DNA of 64,000 nucleotides from a virus. The notes under the pieces were generated by a model. That model searched no databases. It was not told the origin of the DNA and saw only the letters and a list, made by a program, of their open reading frames with translations. The stretch lies in IMG/VR virus record IMGVR_UViG_3300008108_000044, positions 15,509 to 79,508 of that record; one strand, 5' to 3'. Each line of letters starts with the position of its first letter. Within the stretch, counting starts at the first letter, position 1. Both the position numbers and the translations under genes were made by a program. Below, in pieces: positions 28,547 to 36,600 of this stretch.

Positions 28547-29194
28547 ATGGCTGAATTTACTCTTAACTCATCAAATAAATCAAATTGTAAAGACGAAGGA
28601 ATCACTGGTCCTTTTTCTTCAAAATTTGATTATATTTTAAAATCAACAACTGGTGATCCTGATTATCCAGCAGAAGCATGTACTCCTTGGATTCATTACA
28701 ATGTTAAAGTTGGAAATCTAAAGGCAGATGCTCTTGTTCAGGCACAGGATGTTAAGACTGCTGCGGTCGGATCATTGAACGCAAAGGCTGCAATTTGGGA
28801 TGCTAAAAAATCGTTTGATATTCAACATCCCACTAAACAAGATCATCGCCTTAGATATATTTGTCTTGAGGGACCAACAGCAGATGTGTATTTAAAAGGT
28901 AAACTTATTAACGAATCTTATATCCAATTACCAGATTATTGGAAAGATTTTGTTGATATGGAGAGTCTTGTAATAAATCTAACTCCTAATGGTCATTGGC
29001 AAGAGTTATTTGTTGATAAGATTGAATGGGGAGATAGAATTTATATTAGAAATAATTCTGGAACGGCGATTAATTGTGATTATGTTGTATTTGGTGAGCG
29101 TATTGATACCACCAAAAACATTTCTGAATATCAAGGCTTGACACCAGCAGACTATCCAGGCGATAATAGAGAGTACAATATTAACGGTAAGTAA
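28547..29194 (+). CDS. Virion structural protein (paralog of previous gene)
   Basis: KSFDIQHP..EGP..LPDYW..GERID..PADYPG. Confidence 0.65.
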   Translation: MAEFTLNSSNKSNCKDEGITGPFSSKFDYILKSTTGDPDYPAEACTPWIHYNVKVGNLKADALVQAQDVKTAAVGSLNAKAAIWDAKKSFDIQHPTKQDHRLRYICLEGPTADVYLKGKLINESYIQLPDYWKDFVDMESLVINLTPNGHWQELFVDKIEWGDRIYIRNNSGTAINCDYVVFGERIDTTKNISEYQGLTPADYPGDNREYNINGK

Positions 29195-29868
29195 TGCACC
29201 GAGTACATGAAGCATTCCCTTTGATTGTTTATCAGGGAATGGTGGAGTCCCAGGATAAAATTAAGATTTACTTAGAAGAACTTCGTGATTATTGGTTTGA
29301 TGGATATCAAAATGAAAGTCCAGAGTATTCTGGTAGGATTTTTGCACATCAAAATGAGATTTATCGTCCATTTTTTGAAGAACTTCGTACCCATGTAGAT
29401 AATTATTTTGGATACCTTAATGTAGATTATTCAAAACTTGATTATCATATTATTAAATCGTGGGTTGGATATCATAAGGATGATGATACTCCATCAATTA
29501 AACCTCACAATCACAATGCATCAGATTTAAGTTTCGTATATTACGTTAAAACTGATGAAACTTCTGATAAGTTTTGTGTAGCACAGGAGAAGAATCCTAA
29601 TGAGTGTGTGGGTGATATGTTTACTGAAGCATTGCAAAAGAATTTAATCACTGGATACAATCGTTATAATTGTAATGTTTACAGTATTACTCCAATTGAA
29701 GGAAGCGTAGTAATCTTCCCTAGTAAAATCGGGCACTTTACTCAAAAGTTTACTGAGAGGAAGGGTGAACGTCTTGTCATTCCTGGTGATATCCGAGTTA
29801 CTTTAAAACCACAAAACCCAGATTATCATCAAGGATCTACTCATCCTTCTCAGTGGTTACAACTCTAG
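29194..29868 (+). CDS. 2OG-Fe(II) oxygenase (TIGR02466-like)
   Basis: SW..PHNH..LSFVYY..VIFPSKIGH..R. Confidence 0.8.
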   Translation: MHRVHEAFPLIVYQGMVESQDKIKIYLEELRDYWFDGYQNESPEYSGRIFAHQNEIYRPFFEELRTHVDNYFGYLNVDYSKLDYHIIKSWVGYHKDDDTPSIKPHNHNASDLSFVYYVKTDETSDKFCVAQEKNPNECVGDMFTEALQKNLITGYNRYNCNVYSITPIEGSVVIFPSKIGHFTQKFTERKGERLVIPGDIRVTLKPQNPDYHQGSTHPSQWLQL

Positions 29869-30577
29869 TCGGTTCATGTTTTTTATAAATTTTTTGAACT
29901 TCTGACATCCAGGGTTCATCTCTCATCTTCCAATCCATATCATAATCCAATGTGATATGTTCGGAACCAATATACCTATTGATGTATGATTTGATTAGGG
30001 TTTCTCCAAGGGAGACATCACCCCAATCATTATCATGCATCTCTTTTATTCTGGAGTATAATTTAAGATATTTTTTCATCCAATAGCAATTACCATGTGC
30101 AAAGTAATCTACATATGAATCTTCTGGATTACATGGTCCTGGATGTACTTTCCATGCTGGTATAACTAAATCTTTTTCTGGTTGAAGTGTAAAATTTTTA
30201 ATAGAGAAGTCTCCTCTGCATTTTATGATGGTGTTATATTCCATAGGATCAAAAAGACGCAATCCTAAGTAATTTGCATACCATTGTCTGAGAATTCTGT
30301 ATGACCACTCTCTTCCATTTATTTCTAATCCATTTGGTCTGAACTCAAAATCTGGAAGAGTTTCTTTGTCTCTAAACAAGCAGTTTTTAGGTTTATATTT
30401 TTGTATTATTCTATCGGTGTCAATATTTACAATACCAGAACCCATATAAAGTTCTGAATAATTGTAAGAGCTAATATATACATCTGCAGAATACTTATCA
30501 ATAAGGTTTTCTTTTATGTTGGGAAAATGATTCTCCCAATTTCTCATGTAACCTGTTAATAATAGAGCAACTTTCAC
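29837..30577 (-). CDS. Putative glycan-modifying (glycosyltransferase-like) protein
   Basis: Likely GTG start at 30577: KVALLLTGYMR, DVYISSY, IIKCRGD, DYFAHG, GETL. Confidence 0.5.
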   Translation of the reverse strand: MKVALLLTGYMRNWENHFPNIKENLIDKYSADVYISSYNYSELYMGSGIVNIDTDRIIQKYKPKNCLFRDKETLPDFEFRPNGLEINGREWSYRILRQWYANYLGLRLFDPMEYNTIIKCRGDFSIKNFTLQPEKDLVIPAWKVHPGPCNPEDSYVDYFAHGNCYWMKKYLKLYSRIKEMHDNDWGDVSLGETLIKSYINRYIGSEHITLDYDMDWKMRDEPWMSEVQKIYKKHEPTRVVTTEKDE

Positions 30578-30608
30578 AATAAATATAAAAAAATACATAT
30601 AATGATTT

Positions 30609-31361
30609 ATGGGAATTGTTGTAACAAAATTACAAGAAGATAGGGAAACTCTTTTACGGCAAAATCAAGTACTACCAGAAAGAATTTCCGTTGCATCTTC
30701 TTTAAGGGATGCTTTTAATGGACCATCTGCAAATGCTGCTCAACAAAGCTTAAATACCGTTAATGCTGCAAATGCGGTTAAAGTTCAAATCATTGCCATT
30801 GGTGGAAATACTGGACTATTAACAACAAGATATGGTTCCAGTACAGCAAATATTACATCACAGTATGGAAGTATTGTATCTGGAGTTGGCACTGCCACTG
30901 CTGTATCTTTGGGTATTGCTGGATTAGGAACAGCAATTATTGCGTATGGGACAGTCACAGCAGATGTTCTTAAATCTTATGACTATCCAAAAATTTCTGG
31001 AGGAAATTATGGATCTGATTATCCATTCACTGGAGAAGGATATGTTACTGTTACATCTTCTAATGTTGGACTTGGCGTAAGTACACGATTATTTCAAAAT
31101 AGTGGGTCTGAACTGGGAAAGGTATTTGATATTATTGGTCCAGCAGTAGATGTAACCACCCTTATATCGCAATATAATTCTGGAATTGGTACTGTATCAT
31201 CTCAAAACAGTGTTGCCACAGCAACTCAAAAGATTAAGGGAGAATATGAATTGCAAGTTTGGGGTCTTAATAGACAATTACAGGAAAATAATGAAAGATT
31301 AACCGAAATTAATGAAGCTCTTGGTTATGCAAATGATCCTGGATACGGAGGACCTTGGTAA
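30609..31361 (+). CDS. Virion structural protein
   Basis: Gly/Thr-rich GVGT/GIGT motifs, coiled-coil ends, late promoter upstream. Confidence 0.6.
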   Translation: MGIVVTKLQEDRETLLRQNQVLPERISVASSLRDAFNGPSANAAQQSLNTVNAANAVKVQIIAIGGNTGLLTTRYGSSTANITSQYGSIVSGVGTATAVSLGIAGLGTAIIAYGTVTADVLKSYDYPKISGGNYGSDYPFTGEGYVTVTSSNVGLGVSTRLFQNSGSELGKVFDIIGPAVDVTTLISQYNSGIGTVSSQNSVATATQKIKGEYELQVWGLNRQLQENNERLTEINEALGYANDPGYGGPW

Positions 31362-31367
31362 GAGGGG

Positions 31368-31396
31368 TTGACAACCCAGAAGCAACGTCGTATAAT
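31368..31396 (+). promoter_or_regulatory. Consensus sigma70 promoter for the tRNA cluster
   Basis: TTGACA-N17-TATAAT. Confidence 0.85.
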
Positions 31397-31461
31397 ATAT
31401 GGGTAATCAGTTGAGGGGTCGCCCAAGTCTCAGTTTAGATCTCTCAATGATTACCCCACAC

Positions 31462-31532
31462 GCGAATGTGGTGTAGCGGTAACATCCCATCCTTCCAAGT
31501 TGGTGTCACGGGTTCGATCCCCGTCATTCGCT
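31462..31532 (+). tRNA. trnG: tRNA-Gly(TCC)
   Basis: Acceptor GCGAATG/CATTCGC, loop CTTCCAA, GGTTCGATCC; CCA not encoded. Confidence 0.9.
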
Positions 31533-31595
31533 TGGGGAAGTGATCCTGCGGTTCTGTCCAAGAGCTCTCCTTCCCCTTTTTACAAACTGAATATC

Positions 31596-31844
31596 ATGAA
31601 GACAAAACCTTTTTATTCCGACCTAATTGAAATGCCTGTAAAGACAACACCAGAAAATGTCAAGGAAGCAAACCTAGGTCTTTTTAATTGTACGATGACA
31701 CTTCCTGCTGCCGCAGTTCACTGTGGTATGACACAGAAGGAAATGAAAATGACCTTCCGTGAATATTTGAAGTATCATCCACCCACTTATGGGAGCGTGG
31801 TGGAATCGGTAGACACACCAGACTTAAAATCTGTCGGGAATTAA
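31596..31844 (+). CDS. Hypothetical protein whose 3' end overlaps tRNA-Leu
   Basis: KTTPENVKEAN..MTLPAAAVHCGMTQKEMKMTFREY. Confidence 0.65.
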   Translation: MKTKPFYSDLIEMPVKTTPENVKEANLGLFNCTMTLPAAAVHCGMTQKEMKMTFREYLKYHPPTYGSVVESVDTPDLKSVGN

Positions 31845-31875
31845 TCCTGTGGGGGTTCAAGTCCCCCCGCTCCTA
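31791..31875 (+). tRNA. trnL: tRNA-Leu(TAA)
   Basis: Acceptor GGGAGCG/CGCTCCT, loop CTTAAAA, long variable arm, GGTTCAAGTCC. Confidence 0.92.
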
Positions 31876-31952
31876 CTGGGAGGAGTAATAAAGGGATAGA
31901 GTATAACTCTCCGCCTCCCTCCAACTAAATATAAAAAAAGATGGTATGATGC

Positions 31953-32240
31953 ATGAAGCTTAAAATTACTAAAGCTTATTGCTGGCACTCACCAGAAAAA
32001 TCAATAAGAAACGTAGTAATGATGTACTTCATAAATTCTATACCATTTACATGGGATGATTTAACGGAAGAGGAAGAACAAAATCCAGAAGTAGTAATTC
32101 AAGCAAATAATAATGTTGTATATACTGCTGAAGATTTATTCAGAGCTTCTGCTTATTTGATAATGGAAGAAGCACATCCGTGTTTTTTTGAAATGGAATT
32201 AGAAAATCCTGAAGTATTGGCAGAATTAGATGATTTTTAA
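31953..32240 (+). CDS. Hypothetical protein
   Basis: MYFINSIPFTWD..YLIMEEAHP. Confidence 0.7.
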   Translation: MKLKITKAYCWHSPEKSIRNVVMMYFINSIPFTWDDLTEEEEQNPEVVIQANNNVVYTAEDLFRASAYLIMEEAHPCFFEMELENPEVLAELDDF

Positions 32241-32241
32241 T

Positions 32242-32313
32242 GCCCTTGTAGCTCAGTGGTAGAGCAACGGTTTTGTAAACCGTTGGTCGCTGGTTCAAAT
32301 CCAGTCGGGGGCT
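32242..32313 (+). tRNA. trnT: tRNA-Thr(TGT)
   Basis: GCCCTTG/CGGGGGC; anticodon arm ACGGT-TTTGTAA-ACCGT; GGTTCAAATCC. Confidence 0.93.
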
Positions 32314-32331
32314 TTTAGTTTTAGTAGAGAT

Positions 32332-33435
32332 ATGATATTTGATGCTACTCATAATGAATATGATTTGAGTAAATATCCTTTACCACAGATTGTTTTATCT
32401 GCGGTTCAAAAATATTATCCTGATGTAGATAATTTACAATACTTACATGAACATGTGCCTAAAGATTCCATTGGCGAATTGGTAAAATATCTAACCAAAG
32501 ATTTAGCAGATACTAATTTTTATGTCTTGTTTGACAAGATGGTTGAAGAGTATGTTTTACCAAAATTAAATACCGATATTTTGATACAAAAATTTGGAAA
32601 CGTAAGAATTACTGTTCCTAATCAAGATCAAAATGGCACTGTTTTACCATTTCATCAGGGAAGATGGGTTGGGAATGGATTAGGATTAAGAACAGTTTGG
32701 TTACCATTTACAGAGACTTTTGATAGTAACTCTTTGCAAATTATTGGAATTGATAAAAGTAGAGAGATTACAAAAAAATCAACATCGGAAAAATGGTCAT
32801 ATGAATCTTTGCAGGATGTATGTCTGCAAGAGTGTTATCCTGTAAATATGTCTCCTGGAAACTTTTTACTTTTTACTCAAGAAAATATTCATGGAGGAAT
32901 TCCAAATAGAACTGGAAAGACTAGAATGAGTATTGACGTTAGACTTTTATTGAGGAATGGACAACCACATAGGAAATGGCCAGGAGCATACTTTAGGAAA
33001 TTAAATGACACAAATATTCAATCTCGTAAAATTAAAATTTTACCTGAAGAAAGTGTGATCACTTATGCCGAGTATGATGGATTTAAAACAAGGTATATTG
33101 ATTTGTACTTTCAAACATTAACAGTCAGGGAATATTGTAACAGAATGGGATATAAATTCCCACATCAAACGGGAGACAATGAGGGTAGAGATCATACGTT
33201 TTTGGAATATTCAATCAAAAATACACAACTAAATCATATCATTTTGTTTAGTATTTTTTCTCTTCCTGATGACAAATTTAGAAGATCATATATAATGAAT
33301 CTTGCATTAGAACATAATTGCAAACTTCATTTTGCGAACGAAGAATTTGTTCTTGACAGTCAAGAAATGATGGAAAAAATAGAATATTTAAGATCATTCA
33401 CAACCGATTGGAGTAATCCTGCATATGAAAATTAA
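32332..33435 (+). CDS. 2OG-Fe(II) oxygenase fused to a sporadic-carbohydrate-cluster (TIGR04323-like) domain
   Basis: PFHQG..VWLP..IHG..NRTGKTRMSIDVR; then QTLTVREYC..FSIFSLP..LHFANE. Confidence 0.65.
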   Translation: MIFDATHNEYDLSKYPLPQIVLSAVQKYYPDVDNLQYLHEHVPKDSIGELVKYLTKDLADTNFYVLFDKMVEEYVLPKLNTDILIQKFGNVRITVPNQDQNGTVLPFHQGRWVGNGLGLRTVWLPFTETFDSNSLQIIGIDKSREITKKSTSEKWSYESLQDVCLQECYPVNMSPGNFLLFTQENIHGGIPNRTGKTRMSIDVRLLLRNGQPHRKWPGAYFRKLNDTNIQSRKIKILPEESVITYAEYDGFKTRYIDLYFQTLTVREYCNRMGYKFPHQTGDNEGRDHTFLEYSIKNTQLNHIILFSIFSLPDDKFRRSYIMNLALEHNCKLHFANEEFVLDSQEMMEKIEYLRSFTTDWSNPAYEN

Positions 33436-33586
33436 TCTCTGGTATTGTAAAGATATGGATCTTTGGCGATGGACTCTTACAGATGATCATCGTCCAGTTG
33501 TTCGCCAAGAGTCTGGACAAAGACCAAATTTGAGAGACGCTATGAATGATGTTGCAACCACCGTAGAGTATCTAATGACAAAATAA
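33425..33586 (+). CDS. Conserved small protein (53 aa)
   Basis: MKINLWYCKDMDLWRWTL..QESGQ..AMNDVATTVEY. Confidence 0.65.
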   Translation: MKINLWYCKDMDLWRWTLTDDHRPVVRQESGQRPNLRDAMNDVATTVEYLMTK

Positions 33587-33639
33587 TAAACTCTAGTGTA
33601 TGAATAAATAAATCATAATAGCCATCCTAGAGTAATAAA

Positions 33640-36600
33640 ATGGGTCTTAGTCGCTTAGATAATTTTCTGAAGAATAGTAGAGGCGATATTCTATACGTCG
33701 ATCCCTCCAGTATAGACTCTACAGATAGTATTGAAAATCAGGGTAATTCATTAGTTAGACCTTTTAAGACAATCCAAAGGGCACTAATTGAGGCAGCAAG
33801 ATTTTCATATCAAAAGGGACTTGATAATGATAGATTTAGTAGAACTACCATTATCGTATATCCTGGTGAGCATGTAATTGATAATAGACCTGGATGGATT
33901 CCAATTCATGATAATCCAATCACAGGAAATAATTGGTTAACGAGAAGTGGTGCGTCAACAAACGACCTTACGGAATTTACTTTAAATAGTGATTTTGATA
34001 TTGATTCACCAGATAATGATTTATATAAAATGAATTCTGTCTACGGGGGAGTTATTATTCCTCGTGGTACTTCTATTGTTGGTATGGATCTTCGTAAAAC
34101 TAAGATTCGTCCAAAGTTTGTTCCAAATCCATCTGACGATACAATTGATTCAACTTGTTTGTTTAGAGTAACTGGTACTTGTTATTTTTACCAATTTACA
34201 TTTTTTGATGCTGATCCAAACTCAAACGTATTTAAAGATTATGGAACCACAAAATACGTTCCTAATTTCTCTCACCACAAATTAACTTGTTTTGAGTATG
34301 CCGATGGTGTCAATGATGTAAAATTTAAGGATACTTACTTAGATTACAATACAAATAGGACAGATCTTGACATTTATTATCAAAAGATCGGATTGGTTTA
34401 TGGATCTTCAAGTGGAAGAGAAATTACTCCAGATTATCCAAGTGCAAATATCGATGTTCAATCAAAAATTGATGAATTTAGAATTGTTGGATCTAAAGGA
34501 CAAAATGTTGGTATTTCAAGCATTAAAGCTGGAGATGGTGTAACTTCTAGTAAGAAAATTACTGTTGATCTTGTTGAATCTATTGGTGGTCTTGACGTAG
34601 ATACTCCAATTAGAATTGAAGGTATTCCTACAGGTGGATATAATGGATCCTTCGTTATTAAAACAGTTGAGTCTCCAACTAGAATTACTTATGAAGTATC
34701 TTCTGCGCCAGGAAATGCTCTTCCAGCAATCGTATCTGGTGCTCCTACATTAAACATTGTTGTTGATTCTGTAACCTCAGCATCTCCATACATCTTTAAC
34801 TGTTCGTTACGTTCAGTGTATGGAATGTGCGGACTTCATGCGGATGGAAGCAAAGCCGATGGATTTAAGTCCATGGTTGTTGCACAATTTACTGGAATTG
34901 GTCTGCAAAAAGATGATGCTGCATTTGTAAAATATAATGCAGTTTCTGGTGTATATGAAGACTCTACTGCTGTTAGCAATCTTCACACCAATTCTTCTGC
35001 TGTATATAAACCAGCTTACGAAAACTTCCATATTAAGGCATCAAATGATGCATTCCTTCAGTTAGTATCTGTGTTTGCTATTGGATATGCAAACCACTTT
35101 GTTGCTGAGTCTGGTGGAGACCACTCAATTACAAACTCTAACTCTAACTTTGGTGCAAAAGCAATTGTTTGCCGTGGATTTAGAAATGATGCATTCCCAA
35201 GAGACGATACGGGATATATTACACATATTCTTCCCCCACAAAGAGTAGAAAGTAGTGACATAACAATTGAATTTGCTCCAATTGATGTTGAAAAAACAAT
35301 ATCAGTAGCAAATACTTCAAGACTTTATCTTTACAATGAATTTAATAGAAATATTCCACCAAAATCTGTTCTAGAAGGATACAGAATTGGTGCAAAAACT
35401 GGGGATAAATTAAAAGTTGTAATTAATATTGGTAACGTTGGTGTTACCAAAGAAGCTACAATTATAATGCCAGAAACTCAGGGAACTGGTATCTATGAAG
35501 TTTCCTCAACAAAATTAGCTACTATTGGTAGAACCGCAATCGGTATCAATAGTATTACATCAAATATTTTTACAGCAACAGAACCGCACCAATTTACTAA
35601 TGGTGAATCTGTTCGTATTTTGAGTGATGATGGAGAACTTCCAGATGGATTGAGACATAATCAAGTTTATTATGCAATTACTTCTGGAATCAATAGTGAT
35701 CAAATTAAATTAGCACAAACATTTAATGATACTGTAAGTTTATCTGCAATTACAGTCAATAGTAAGGGAGGAATCCTTCAAGTTGAATCTAGAGTTTCTG
35801 ATAAAAAATCTGGAGATATTGGACATCCTATACAATATGATAGTGCAATAGGACAATGGTATATTACTGTAAGTCAAACCAACAATAACATATACAGTAC
35901 TATTGTTGGACTTGGAACTGCTGCTTTAGGAAGAGCAACTCCAAAAACATTTATTAGTAGAACTCCAGACAATAGATCTCTTGATGATAGAATCTATAAA
36001 GTTAGATATGTTATTCCAAGAGATTCGACTGTTTTAGGAAGACCACCAGAAGATGCATTTATTCTTCAAGAATCTAGTAGCACAGTTGGATTTACTAATG
36101 CTGAGGTTGCCAAGTTTAAGAGCATTGCTCCAGCAGTTTTATCTAATACCTCAGAATTAAGGAATCCCAGATTTATCTCTGGCGCTAGTTGGGATGCAAT
36201 TGTTGGACTTGCAACATTTACAACAGATATTCCTCATGAATTATCTGTTGGATCAAAAGTACAAATTTTTAATGTTGTATCAACCTCAAACACAACTGGT
36301 TTAGGATACACTGGATTTAATGGTGTTTTTACCGTCCTTGATAATCCAACTAGAAGAGAATTTACCGTTGGACTTACAACAAATCCTGGGGTATTTTCCA
36401 ATAATATTAATCAAAGAACCTTAGATCTTCCTAGATATGAAAGAAAAGAGTTTAATAATACTCTTTATATTTACAGAAAGGAAGCAGTACAAGAATATAT
36501 TCCAAATGCGAAAGATGGTGTTTATCACTTAACATTATTAGATTCTTCTTCATCTCCGCAAGTTTCTCCATTCCAAAATCTTAGATTCTCGCAACCAGTA

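Noticed and set aside
31500-31595. 5' extension of track ORF 31500-31844
   Set aside because: It overlaps tRNA-Gly and the following hairpin; ATG 31596 is the plausible start.
32140-32352. Minus-strand 70-aa ORF
   Set aside because: Antisense reading of tRNA-Thr (PRLDLNQRP pattern).
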